Source: an uncultured Nitrospiraceae bacterium
Lineage (GTDB): Bacteria; Nitrospirota; Nitrospiria; Nitrospirales; Nitrospiraceae
Reading direction: 5' to 3'
NCBI GenBank assembly: GCA_963730935.1
Contig: CAVSTP010000004.1
Location: 224,001 to 288,000 of the forward strand
DNA: 64,000 nucleotides
Part shown: positions 31,006 to 40,918 of the stretch, in pieces
Layout: the number at the start of each line of letters is the position of its first letter
Numbering within the stretch: the stretch's first letter is position 1
Notes under the pieces: model-generated
Seen by the model: only the letters and a program-made list of their open reading frames with translations
What the model was told of the DNA's origin: nothing
Databases searched by the model: none
Position numbers and translations under genes: made by a program

Positions 31006-31557
31006 ATGGAACGATCACTGATGGAACAGGCAGGTGCCACAGATGAGCAAATACGCAATGCCATTGATCAGGGTGCGATTACCAAGCAATATTTTGCGCA
31101 ACCGCAATCTGTCGTCAGCTCATTGAATCGCCTTCGCTCCACTGAAATTGCGAGCTATCTGCAATATAAACAGCACGGGTATATGGCCGTGTCGTTGCTG
31201 TCTCCCGGGCTCAAGGCGGAATTCGAAGCGCACGCCGAGCAGGAGTTGGCTCATGCCGACAAGCTGGCCACCCGCATCCAGCAGCTTGGCGGCGTTCCGA
31301 TTTTTGATCTTCAGGAGTTGGCAGGAAAGGCTGCCGCGATCGGGGTTCATCCGGAACAAGGCGCGACGCTCAGCGAAATGGTCATTGAGAATCTGTTGCT
31401 CGAGCGGCGTCAGGTCGAGGCCTACACCGCCCTGATTCGCGAACTTGGGGAGAAGGACCTCATTACGCGTGAACTTCTGCTGGGCATTCTGGCGGAAACG
31501 GAAGCCCATGCGAGCGAATTGGCCGACTTTCTCAAACGCACCAGCGACAAGCGGTGA
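31006..31557 (+). CDS. ferritin-like protein (divergent paralog)
   Basis: RBS AAGGAGG; TEIAS...ELAH...RIQQLGG...LERRQ...ETEAH. Confidence 0.88.
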   Translation: MERSLMEQAGATDEQIRNAIDQGAITKQYFAQPQSVVSSLNRLRSTEIASYLQYKQHGYMAVSLLSPGLKAEFEAHAEQELAHADKLATRIQQLGGVPIFDLQELAGKAAAIGVHPEQGATLSEMVIENLLLERRQVEAYTALIRELGEKDLITRELLLGILAETEAHASELADFLKRTSDKR

Positions 31558-31595
31558 GCGACCACGGCCTAGGAATTCGGTGAACTCTTCACCGG

Positions 31596-32021
31596 TTATG
31601 TTTCGATGCCTGGTCCAAGGCCGATGCGGGCCCTGAGCAAATCGTGGCGGGTGACCGAATAGGCGACCTGGCCTTGTTTAATAACGGGGATGTTCAACAA
31701 GTGTTTCTCGTTCATGAGTCGAATTGCGTCTCGAATCGTGGTGGATTCGTCAGCGACGTAATGATTTCTGTTCATGACCCTGTCGGCAGTGACCTTGCTG
31801 AGGTCCTGGCCCGATTCGATTGCTCCAAGCAGGTCGAACTCGCTGACGAACCCCACGAAACTGCCCGCGTCGTTCACGATCGGCGCGCCGGTTTCATGCG
31901 AGGACAAAAGCTCTAGAGCGATCGCTAATGCTGTTTCCTTTGGTTGAAACCGCAATCCGTTTGTTCCGTCAATCTCACCCAATGTGAGAAATCCGCCTGC
32001 AGGTACACCTTCCATTGCCAT
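31596..32021 (-). CDS. CBS domain pair protein
   Basis: GAPIVNDAGSFVGFVSEFDLL and IPVIKQG...VTRHDLL; RBS GAGGAGG. Confidence 0.88.
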   Translation of the reverse strand: MAMEGVPAGGFLTLGEIDGTNGLRFQPKETALAIALELLSSHETGAPIVNDAGSFVGFVSEFDLLGAIESGQDLSKVTADRVMNRNHYVADESTTIRDAIRLMNEKHLLNIPVIKQGQVAYSVTRHDLLRARIGLGPGIET

Positions 32022-32083
32022 AACGTCCTCCTCAGTCTGTGCATCAATGGAGGCAGGATGCCAGGAAGCAGAAAGCTGCGACA

Positions 32084-32824
32084 CTAGCACGATCCCGAGG
32101 GTATGGGAGTGAGAGCGTTTGCCGGCGAGCTGTTGTCTCGACCTAGCTTGGTTAGTGCCAATAACAACAAGGCGGACCGGCCCAGCTTGCTGCTCCAGGT
32201 AGGACGATGCTCCAGCATCGCGGCAGTCACGCGAGGCTCCTCCATCGCGACCACGGTCAATCCCGCATCACGGGCTGCGGTCAGAAGATGCTCGACCTCG
32301 TGAATATGGCCGGGAATATGGATGGCTTCATCTTTGGCGCTTTGAATCTCGATATCCCAGCCGGTAAGGCGCTGCATGTCAGGGTGCACGGCGGCCACGA
32401 CCGCCTGACCGTCCATGGCGAGCATGCTGGAGATCTCTCTGAACCACTGCTCGGCAGAAGCCATGTGATCGATGACGAGGGCGGACATAATGCGGTCGAA
32501 GGTGAAGGGCTTGAAGGGAAGGGTACACGCCGATGCCTGCACGAGGCAGATGTCTGTCCGTGGACCGAGGTATTGTTTCGCCCTTGCCAGCATCTTGCGG
32601 GACAGATCCAGGCCAATGATTCGATAGCGGGATGCCGTCAATAGACGGAGGTATCGACCGGTGCCGCATCCTGCGTCAAGGATTCGACAACCGGGAAACG
32701 GGTGAAGGTACTTGAGCAGAAACGGCTCATCCAGCCAGGTGGACGGATCCTTATCATCATAGGATGCTGCCCATCGGTCGTACCCGGCTGCCGTTGCTCT
32801 TTCGTCTTCTTCCGACCTCGCCAT
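32084..32824 (-). CDS. class I SAM-dependent methyltransferase (BioC-like)
   Basis: YDRWAASYD, ILDAGCGTG and GLDLSRKML. Confidence 0.9.
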   Translation of the reverse strand: MARSEEDERATAAGYDRWAASYDDKDPSTWLDEPFLLKYLHPFPGCRILDAGCGTGRYLRLLTASRYRIIGLDLSRKMLARAKQYLGPRTDICLVQASACTLPFKPFTFDRIMSALVIDHMASAEQWFREISSMLAMDGQAVVAAVHPDMQRLTGWDIEIQSAKDEAIHIPGHIHEVEHLLTAARDAGLTVVAMEEPRVTAAMLEHRPTWSSKLGRSALLLLALTKLGRDNSSPANALTPIPSGSC

Positions 32825-33903
32825 ATGATGATGACGGACCTTCGAAATGTTTACGTCATCTGTAAGGAGGTGCCTGACGTCAACATACTAGTCTTTCTGA
32901 ACGGGGTTCAAGGTCGTGCGGAGACGAAGAAGTGCACCGAGTCCGCGCTGCGTGGCTCGGCCAAGAGGATCGGAAATCCTAAACCTATAAAGGTTGTACG
33001 CTACCCTCCCTCCTCCACCTCCGCCCTTTGCTTCCTTGGTTAAAAAATAAGAGCGTACGGTTATTTTTTATATTGATCTTACTCAAGCTAAGCAATCTAG
33101 GGTAGAGCACCATGGTATAGTCCCCGCGCAGGTTGCACCACTAGCGCAAACGGTTCAGCCGCCGGGCGGTTTTCTTGAAAAGTCGGGCGCGACGTATCGG
33201 CAGCGGTGGTCGAACGATAAGCTGCGTTCTTTTCTTCCGAATGGCAGAGGAAAATTCACGTTTCCCGCCCCTTACAACACGCAAGCTGTGCGCCTCACAG
33301 AGGCGAGTGACTGTGGCGCTGTCGACTGCTTGTGGTATGTCGGGTATTCGTCTGGCGCAACACCAATAATCACGTCGGTAGTGATGAAATGCTGATCTTT
33401 TTAAGCTTTAAGAAAGCTGTAGGCGGAGCAGGTCCGACACTGTTCAGCTTCAACAGATCACTGATACAGTAAAGAAGGTTGGACCCTTGTTTCCTGACTA
33501 TAGTCCGTATACGTGGCAAACGGGGGAGGGGTGGTACTTCAGCGCGCCGCCATTCTGTACATGTACGACGGGCCGCGCATGCTGCGGTAAGACGTGCATA
33601 TAAAGGAATTTGAGACCGTCTTTGATGTGACGGCCCAGTGTGGCACTGACCGTCGTATCTGGCAGATGCATTCCAGCAATGAGGATGTGGTGCATTCGGC
33701 CACGCTTCGCCGCACGATACCTCTCAGTTCCGGTTCTTCCCTAACACTACGTGTAACCTGCTTGCCACCAGTCCGAATGTAGTCTCAGGGTTGGGAGCGC
33801 TGCTCCACATCAATTAAGTTGTACGGCATGTTGTTGCTTACGTGAACAGTGCGTAAGCTTCGTTCCATTACCTACGACAAGGTACGATCGGGACCCGTTC
33901 ACC

Positions 33904-34104
33904 TCACACGTTGTGAGAGCGAACGCCCCGACGGCGTATGTAATATCGAGTCCCGCAGCGATGACACCGCCAGGGATACCATCCCAGGACGCTTATGAAA
34001 TGCTCCCACCACGTTCGATGCGATCGCGTCGAGTGCCGCCTACAGTCATGAGACGTAAGCGCTGATCTGTGGGTTTCTTGACTTAATGAGCTTGGATTCG
34101 TCAT
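33904..34104 (-). CDS. possible small Zn-ribbon protein (degenerate)
   Basis: RSHRTWWEHFISVLGWYPWRCHRCGTRY; first CxxC appears eroded; start uncertain. Confidence 0.4.
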   Translation of the reverse strand: MTNPSSLSQETHRSALTSHDCRRHSTRSHRTWWEHFISVLGWYPWRCHRCGTRYYIRRRGVRSHNV

Positions 34105-34421
34105 GGATAGATTCGCTGCCATAGCTTGTTGTACCTTGCGCCCCGCCGTCTTCAACAACACTTCCGACAGGCAAATTGTGTCTGTCAGCAGGGAGGACCA
34201 GGTATGCAGTGCTGATGGCATGAGACGGTCTATATTGTGTTGCCAGCGGTGTCGGACGAGAAGAAGTCTCAAGGCGGGAGTGTAGAAGAGGGTAATAAAT
34301 TGCGGACCTGCGCAGAACCCTAGCCGAAGGGAAAGTGACGCTCGGGCACCCCGCCGGGTCTTTGCTTGATAACTATTGGGGAGGACTTGTGGGAACTGTT
34401 GCGGAACCCCTGAAGACCCCT

Positions 34422-34667
34422 TTAAAGGCGGTCGGTCATTCTTACAGTTCTATTGGGTTTCGGTAGGCGATCTTTTTCATCCTGAGGGGAGAACAAGAAC
34501 ACTAACCCTCCCGGACCATCCACTAACAACCACCTGCGGCGACAATCAATGCATAAATATTCGAGCACTCCAATGTTCCGATGCAGAGCTCGGGTAGGCA
34601 ACAGAGTACCGTTACATTTGGAACATAGAAGGGGATTTCGCTTTACGGTTTGCATTTGTGTCCTCAT
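34422..34667 (-). CDS. small Zn-ribbon protein
   Basis: CSKCNGTLLP...YLCIDC. Confidence 0.55.
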   Translation of the reverse strand: MRTQMQTVKRNPLLCSKCNGTLLPTRALHRNIGVLEYLCIDCRRRWLLVDGPGGLVFLFSPQDEKDRLPKPNRTVRMTDRL

Positions 34668-35097
34668 TGGCCCGGTTCGCGAAGGGAATTGAGTGACTGA
34701 CCCAGGTGCACAACAAGGCGGTCGATGTGAGAAGAGCTGGTGCAATGTAGCCCTATCAACATTGGGAGGTAAATAGGGACGGATGGCCCTAGAACAAAAG
34801 TAGCGATTGTGTCGAACTTCACGCCGTCATCGCCACGAAAGTTTGCATGTCACAGGTGACATTCTGCATTTATCGTGACTAGAACGGTGACCATTGTGAA
34901 GCGTGAAGTAGGGAGAGGTCGTCTTTATCAGTCAACGGCTCGCAGGAGCTGATTTGAAGAGCGCACGCCTCGCTTAGCACGGCAATCAAGGAACTGGATC
35001 TTAAGTAGAGGAGGGGTGTTCTCGCCAGTTTGTAGAGGGGCAAGCCAGTGGAGAGCTTCAAAAAACTTGCTTGACGCTGTGCACGAGATGATCCGAG

Positions 35098-35283
35098 TTA
35101 CACTGCAATAGCCAAGGCTGATATCTCCGTGTCCTCGACAATGTCTCGGCCGTGGGTCACACCCAGAATCCCGAGATATATCTCCTGAGCATGACGGGAC
35201 CATTTCGGGTCCAGAGGAAGACCATGAAAAGCTGCTTCAGCAGCTTTGCGTTCGTCATAAGTGAGTGGAGGGTGTGTGGTCAT
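35098..35283 (-). CDS. small conserved hypothetical protein
   Basis: RBS GAGGAGGT; LTYDERKAAEAAFHGLPLDPKWS. Confidence 0.7.
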   Translation of the reverse strand: MTTHPPLTYDERKAAEAAFHGLPLDPKWSRHAQEIYLGILGVTHGRDIVEDTEISALAIAV

Positions 35284-35635
35284 AGGGCACCTCCTCAATT
35301 TGCCTGTGAACAATGCTGTTCACGCGGCCGCCTCATCTTTAGCCTAGCCTGCCGACGTGTATTTGGCCTTCCTAAGGAGAGGGGGAAATGAGCCCCCAAA
35401 AGCGGGGCATACCAATAGGCTCCGTTGTTGTGGTTCCTTTCCCTATCTTCCGGCCTAACTTGTGTATCATGCATGTACAATCAACGTTTCCAAAGGGAAT
35501 TCAGTCTTATGAGATGAGTGTAGGCGCAATGCCAGAAGCGGGGCTCCCCCAGGAGGCATACCTGGCTTGGACCCGCCTGGCGTGGGGTTGTTGGTCGGCC
35601 AGATCAACGTCGGCCAGCACCACGGTTCGAACGTT

Positions 35636-35809
35636 CTATGGATACATGCGAACCGCTGATCCCATCGGCACTGCGTACGACCGGCTTTTACAATCTATGC
35701 AGACATATCGCAGTACCCAACTCTCATTCTTCAGAGGAATCGGACGGTCGGGCAGGAGGACGCCTTCACACTCACAGCACTGCAGCTGATCACTCGTTGT
35801 GGTTTCCAT
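35636..35809 (-). CDS. small Zn-ribbon protein, paralog of 34422-34667
   Basis: CCECEGVLLP...YVCIDC. Confidence 0.55.
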   Translation of the reverse strand: METTTSDQLQCCECEGVLLPDRPIPLKNESWVLRYVCIDCKSRSYAVPMGSAVRMYP

Positions 35810-36148
35810 GTTGCGAGGGTATAGGAGAATCAAAATCGAAGAAATCTCTCGTAAGCGGTATACGGAGGCAATGATGAGCCAGCGCAAGGCAAAGGGCTCG
35901 TGACGTGGGACCATCCGCGATTCGCAGAGTGTGTGCGCACGTGGTCGGCGGTCCGTGTGTTGGATCCTTGGCCGTATAACCTGTATGACCTGAGGCTCTG
36001 GCGTCGATCCTGGAGGTCATGGGGACCCCAATGATTGGTGTGAAGCGCTTAGTAGATTGGCTTCTGGAACAGAGTTGTGAGAGCTGGCGTAACGTGTGAG
36101 ACGTGTTCGATGAGTGGCGTGAGCGGGCGGCCTCTCAGCAGCGCTGTT

Positions 36149-36243
36149 ACGATATTCTCGCGGAGGAAGTGCGGCACATTTCAGAAGGGCTCACGAGAGG
36201 GTCCGGCAATGGGGGCAGATATGCGCCCGCGCCGCCACCTCGC
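36149..36243 (+). repeat. ~95-bp direct repeat, copy 1
   Basis: Aligns with 36848-36941; identical 25-nt core AGGGCTCACGAGAGGGTCCGGCAAT. Confidence 0.9.
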
Positions 36244-36250
36244 CGAACCC

Positions 36251-36661
36251 CTACGGACAAAATGTGACATAGACCCCATTCCCAGAATTTAGTGCACGGC
36301 AAGTAGAAGTAGCTCCAGGCTTTTGACCAGGAGGATCGACAGATATCCATCCGCGCTGCACCATACATGCATCCACAATTCGGTGCTCGTCGTTAGTGAG
36401 TATGCTTCGACTTCGCAATTCTAATCTCAAGCCATTCGTCTTTAGACAAGATGCAAAATCCGTGGCAAGACGATAGCGGGCCATGTCAATGTCTTCAATG
36501 TCTCCCTCCATTGAGAAGGGAGCAGTCGGTGGTGTGCGAGGGTCTGGTTCGACCGTGCCACCTCCTAGAGCTCCGGCTGGACCCGTATCTCCAAGGGAGT
36601 TGAATGGAAAAGCGATGCAACCAACGAGGGCCGCAACCAAGATAAGGTGTGAAGATGGCAT
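36251..36661 (-). CDS. small exported Cys-containing hypothetical protein
   Basis: Signal peptide; ACMVQRGW motif; C-terminal STCR...TFCP. Confidence 0.6.
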   Translation of the reverse strand: MPSSHLILVAALVGCIAFPFNSLGDTGPAGALGGGTVEPDPRTPPTAPFSMEGDIEDIDMARYRLATDFASCLKTNGLRLELRSRSILTNDEHRIVDACMVQRGWISVDPPGQKPGATSTCRALNSGNGVYVTFCP

Positions 36662-36847
36662 TCAGGCTACCGTCGTCGTGAGGTTCAATCGGTTATGCCT
36701 ATTTCACATCATAATGAACTTAGCCAAAGTTTCAAGGAATATGGCGATTGTGCCAGCCCGGCTGCCGCGACGACTTCAAAGGTCTAATTGGGACCCTCTT
36801 CGTACATCTGGTCTGCTCGCCGCCGAACGCAACCAAGAGCGGATGTC

Positions 36848-36941
36848 ACGATTTTCTCGAGGAAGAAGTGCGATGCCTTTTGGAGGGCTCACGAGAGGGT
36901 CCGGCAATAGCGCAGACGTGCGCTCTGCGCCGCCGCCTCGC
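36848..36941 (+). repeat. ~95-bp direct repeat, copy 2
   Basis: Aligns with 36149-36243. Confidence 0.9.
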
Positions 36942-37099
36942 AAGAAAGACCCACCGCCGCCAAGGCATGACAGAATCAGTAGCGAAAGGGGAGGATTCGT
37001 GATGGGGTGTCGGGGCGTTTTGGCACCAGTTGGGACTAAGACGCTGGTGGGTCGCGGCTTGTTACTGTGTCGATTTGACTGAACTGATAGCACGCTGCA

Positions 37100-37297
37100 T
37101 AACACACAATTGACCGTTTGATCTCGCCAAACAGCAAGACCAGACCTGCTGTCTTTCGCTTTCAATACCGTATAGTTCGAAGCAAAGTTCCTGACAGTAT
37201 CAGACCAATACTTCAGGTCTTCTTCGTTATCATCGAAGATGAGAACCGTGGCGGGCGTAGTTGCTCGTTGAGGAGGTTCGGCAAGAGTGTGTTGCGT
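37100..37297 (-). pseudogene. truncated response-regulator receiver remnant
   Basis: Frame reads TVLIFDDNEEDLKYWSD...YTVLKAKDSRSGLAVWRDQTVNCVL and then diverges before the phospho-Asp; apparent start is ACG. Confidence 0.6.
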
Positions 37298-37430
37298 ACT
37301 ACCTTTGCGCCAAGACCTAACACTTCAGCAATGGCTGATAGGCCGATGAAGTAAATTCGTAAGGCATGGTCCTTAAAGAGAACAACAAGACCGGCCTGGA
37401 CAGTGGCGTACCGGCCCAATATGCATCCGT

Positions 37431-37919
37431 TTATCGACTTAACTGGGCGCGTAACTGATGCGAAACTGAGGCAAAAATGCTTAGAAGTGGGCTTCCTTCC
37501 ATTGCCTCTACAATGTACCTGGCAAGTTCCTGCCCCGATCCTATGGTTACAGAACTGGGATTGTATCTCCTAGAATAGGTGATCGCTGCTCCGCCTAAGC
37601 GAGACAGCAGTTGAAGTAGGCATAGTGCGTCTTGTCGCTCCATCTCAGATATTTCGAGACCAATCTGTCCATTGTCACACCATTTCACAGTAGCGGTCTG
37701 GATATCTAGGTGAGCATTGTCAGGGAGAACGAGACGGGCATACATCTCAACGCCCGGTGCAATTTCTCGGTCTGTAATAATGCACAATCCCTCAGCGGAC
37801 ATATCTAGCGTCATCCCTTCACCAGCGTAACCGGGATACGCGAACTGAACCTTGTAGTGCACTGACCAGCGTTGTGCAAAACGGGAATTGAGCGCATCGC
37901 GTGAATCTGGCGAATGCAT
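37431..37919 (-). CDS. PilZ domain protein
   Basis: RFAQRW (RxxxR), DMSAEG (DxSxxG) and ATVKW...IGLE. Confidence 0.8.
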   Translation of the reverse strand: MHSPDSRDALNSRFAQRWSVHYKVQFAYPGYAGEGMTLDMSAEGLCIITDREIAPGVEMYARLVLPDNAHLDIQTATVKWCDNGQIGLEISEMERQDALCLLQLLSRLGGAAITYSRRYNPSSVTIGSGQELARYIVEAMEGSPLLSIFASVSHQLRAQLSR

Positions 37920-38129
37920 CGGTATTCCCTCCGGTTTAGTAGGCCGCTTCGATCAGCATGGGTCTTAGGAACCTCGAGCGAGCAAGATTTACTGTACAAA
38001 TTATTCCCTTGCAGCTCAACCCCTCGAAGTGGTGATTCCCCGTGGAGAACACGTCGGCCAATCCAGAGCGCACATGGAGGAAGCTCAGCAACCCCAAGGG
38101 TTTGCGCCAAAATATCTTGGCCAAAAGTG

Positions 38130-38269
38130 CACACCTCTGGTGGGTCATTTGCCATCGTTTCAGCGAACGAGATTCCCGAGCATCGTGATATTCAGACAGC
38201 TCTCCGATATGCCACCTCGCTCCAGGCCATATTCGGGATGCTGTGAATCGAGGAAGTCTTGCTGGATAA
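38130..38269 (+). pseudogene. C-terminal remnant of tyrosine recombinase/integrase
   Basis: HT...NEIPEHRDIQTALRYA / frameshift / HLAPGHIRDAVNRGSL, matching box II LGH...TxxY; lies next to the att repeat. Confidence 0.75.
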
Positions 38270-38325
38270 AACCGTGACCACTGAGGAGCGTGAAGAAGGG
38301 GAATGGACAGAAGTTGTTGATTCAG

Positions 38326-38372
38326 TGGTGCGCCCGACAGGAGTTGAACCTGTAACCCCCAGATCCGTAGTC
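38326..38372 (-). repeat. duplicated 3' 47 nt of tRNA-Arg (att site)
   Basis: Matches 52861-52907 with one mismatch. Confidence 0.95.
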
Positions 38373-38609
38373 CCTAATTCCGAGGTAGCGACTGATGATG
38401 ATCTAAAGCGATGAAGCGCTATAATAAGCCGATACCACTGATAGGTTGCAAAGTGTTTTTAGTGACTGATTACGACTGAGATAGACCAGCAATCGTAGCC
38501 AAAACCGTGACCGAATCCGTGACCAGTAAAGGGGTGGCTTCATCGGCAGGGCGGGGGCTGCCACTTCTAGCGAAGGAGTTGCGCTCGTGTCTCGATGAGT
38601 AGGATGGCC

Positions 38610-39221
38610 CTAGCGCGGGCTGACCTTGAGCAGCTGTACGCTCTTCGATCTCTTGTTTGCCCACCTGTGTGGCGTGCCTGCAGGAATTGTAATAGCATCA
38701 CCCCGTCGAAGCACCTGAGTGCCGTCCGCTAGTTCAAGCACTACAGATCCCGAAATGACCATTGCGAAGAACCCGTTGTCACTTGTATGCAAACGGGAGC
38801 CGCTGGTTGCTTCGGGGCGCATTGTCACAAGTAGGGCCTCTAATGGGTTTCCGATGCTAGGATTGCCAAGCGATTCAATCTGCGAGCGCGACCAGCCGCT
38901 TTGAAGTACAAGGCGCTGGGCGATTCTTACCAATTCGGGACCTGACCGCTCGGCAGTATGGAAGAATTGGCCTAACGTTACACCAAGTCCAGCGGCAATT
39001 CGTTCTAACGAGGCCAGTGACGGGGAGGCCTTATTCAATTCCACTTGCGAGAGGAAACTGGACGTGAACCCACACTTGCTGGCCAGTGTTCGGACAGAAA
39101 CCCCTTCTCTTTGTCGCAGACGACGGAGGGCCTCGCCTAGGGATTGTTCCAGAGGCACTTTGGCTCTGGGACTTTTCGTTCTTACAAGGCGCTTTGGTCG
39201 GGGATTTCCGAGGCCGTCCAA
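38610..39221 (-). CDS. XRE-family HTH + cupin transcriptional regulator
   Basis: LRRLRQREGVSVRTLA...FLSQVE...SPSL; GDAITIPAGTPH. Confidence 0.9.
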   Translation of the reverse strand: MDGLGNPRPKRLVRTKSPRAKVPLEQSLGEALRRLRQREGVSVRTLASKCGFTSSFLSQVELNKASPSLASLERIAAGLGVTLGQFFHTAERSGPELVRIAQRLVLQSGWSRSQIESLGNPSIGNPLEALLVTMRPEATSGSRLHTSDNGFFAMVISGSVVLELADGTQVLRRGDAITIPAGTPHRWANKRSKSVQLLKVSPR

Positions 39222-39517
39222 TTAGCCTCCCTCGTTGCCAGCCTGAAGTAGTGATGTGGATTTATCCCGAATACTACACCACTCATAGGCATTTCTAAAG
39301 AGACTTCTCCTGCACAGCACCACTTCACAGAGGTAAAATAATACTTTGCCTACCTCCAAAGTAGTCTGTACAGGGTGTGTTACGCGAAGTAAAGTAAATC
39401 CACGCACTATGGCAGGGAGAAAGAGGCACAACATTGTTTTCTTCTAGGTGTGGGACAACAGTTCGCCGCACACGATCGGTTGGGGGGAGCGGTACGTCTG
39501 AGAACCTAATCGTCACT

Positions 39518-40918
39518 ATGCCTCTCGACATGCCTCGTCAGCAAGACGATTTGCTTCTTCTCGCCTCCCTTTTTCTTTTTGAATTGTCGATCGCCGTCAT
39601 TCCGATGGCGCTCTACATGAAGGGCGATAGATCTTTTGCGGTGTTCCTTCCCAGCAAGCCCGGCCTAGTGTTGTGTCTGGCTCTAGGTACTATCGTCATA
39701 ACGGGCGCAGCCATTATCAATCAATATTTGCTAAATAAACGGTTATTGTCTCGCCATTTTTCTTTGATCGTGGCCATGAATCTCGTCACCGTGATAGTTA
39801 TGCTTGTCACGGCTGAAATTGCCATCCGGGCGGCGTCTCACAGGTCAGTCGAAGGCGAGACGGTTGGCGGCGTAGTCTTGAGTCCGAAAACCTGGCAAAC
39901 AGTCGCCCAACACTACCGCCAGTTGATTGATCAACGCGGCGGCGATCTTGCTTATTTAGTGTACGACGATGTTATGGGCTGGACGACAGGACCAAACAGA
40001 CGGAGTGCCAACGGGCTCTACCGTTCGAGTTCTGAAGGAATACGTGCTCCAGAAGAAGGGATGTCCTTCCCGTTATCTACAGGGAAAACACGCATTGCTC
40101 TCGTTGGAGATTCTTTTACTTTCGGTGAAGACGTGAGATATGAGGAGACGTGGGGGTATTTCTTAGAGAAGGAGTTAGGCTCCAAGTTTCAGGTCTTGAA
40201 CTTTGGAGTCTCTGGGTATGGTGTTGATCAGATGTTCTTGAGGTACGAGAAGGACATTCGGAGATGGAAGCCTGAAGTCGTTATCTTTGGCTTCATCTCC
40301 CATGACACTGTGCGTTCGATGCTCGTCTATCCCTTCCTAACTTTTCCCGAGTGGGACATGCCTTTTGCAAAACCTCGCTTCATCGTGCGAGACGGAGAAC
40401 TTACCAATATCAATGCGCATCCCGCCGCTCCCCAAGCAATTTTTTCTGTAGGGTCGATCCTTGAGCTCGCAGCTATCGAATACGATAAAGGCTATAAGCA
40501 GAGCGACTGGGTGGAAAATGTCTATCATCAATCCTATCTTTGGAGGCGATTCGTTTCTTCGTTTCCTCGTTGGTCGATCGAGCGTGCTGATGTGACCGAT
40601 GTGGCGCTCGTCGACGTCAATGCTTCGATATTGAAAAAGTTCGTTCGGTCTGCGACGCAAGCAGGAGTGATCCCGGTGGTAGTGTTCTTCCCCAATAAGG
40701 AGGAACTAGAGAGGGCAAGTGTGTCTCCGCTTACCAAGAAAGTGCTGCAACAATCCGGCATTGCCTACACTGACCTCACCTCGTGTCTGTTGCCGTTGAA
40801 CGCCGCCGATCGCTTCGTTCCGGAGCACCGTCACTACTCACCGCAAGGCAACGCGCTGGCTGCGAACTGTTTGGATAAGGTGGTGAATGAGGCGCTGGGT
40901 CAGGCCACTAAAGGATGA
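39518..40918 (+). CDS. membrane-anchored SGNH/GDSL hydrolase
   Basis: N-terminal TMs; GDSFTFG, NFGVSGYG and HRHYSPQGN; start uncertain. Confidence 0.85.
   Translation: MPLDMPRQQDDLLLLASLFLFELSIAVIPMALYMKGDRSFAVFLPSKPGLVLCLALGTIVITGAAIINQYLLNKRLLSRHFSLIVAMNLVTVIVMLVTAEIAIRAASHRSVEGETVGGVVLSPKTWQTVAQHYRQLIDQRGGDLAYLVYDDVMGWTTGPNRRSANGLYRSSSEGIRAPEEGMSFPLSTGKTRIALVGDSFTFGEDVRYEETWGYFLEKELGSKFQVLNFGVSGYGVDQMFLRYEKDIRRWKPEVVIFGFISHDTVRSMLVYPFLTFPEWDMPFAKPRFIVRDGELTNINAHPAAPQAIFSVGSILELAAIEYDKGYKQSDWVENVYHQSYLWRRFVSSFPRWSIERADVTDVALVDVNASILKKFVRSATQAGVIPVVVFFPNKEELERASVSPLTKKVLQQSGIAYTDLTSCLLPLNAADRFVPEHRHYSPQGNALAANCLDKVVNEALGQATKG

Noticed and set aside
33000..33120. Possible tRNA/tmRNA fragment (CTCCACCTCCGCC, TAGAGCACCA)
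   Set aside because: No T-arm or cloverleaf; matches too short
36149..36941. CRISPR array or integron attC array
   Set aside because: Only two copies ~700 bp apart; no cas or intI gene and no attC R-box palindrome seen
38326..38372. Second functional tRNA-Arg
   Set aside because: Only the 3' 47 nt are present; no D-arm or 5' acceptor strand
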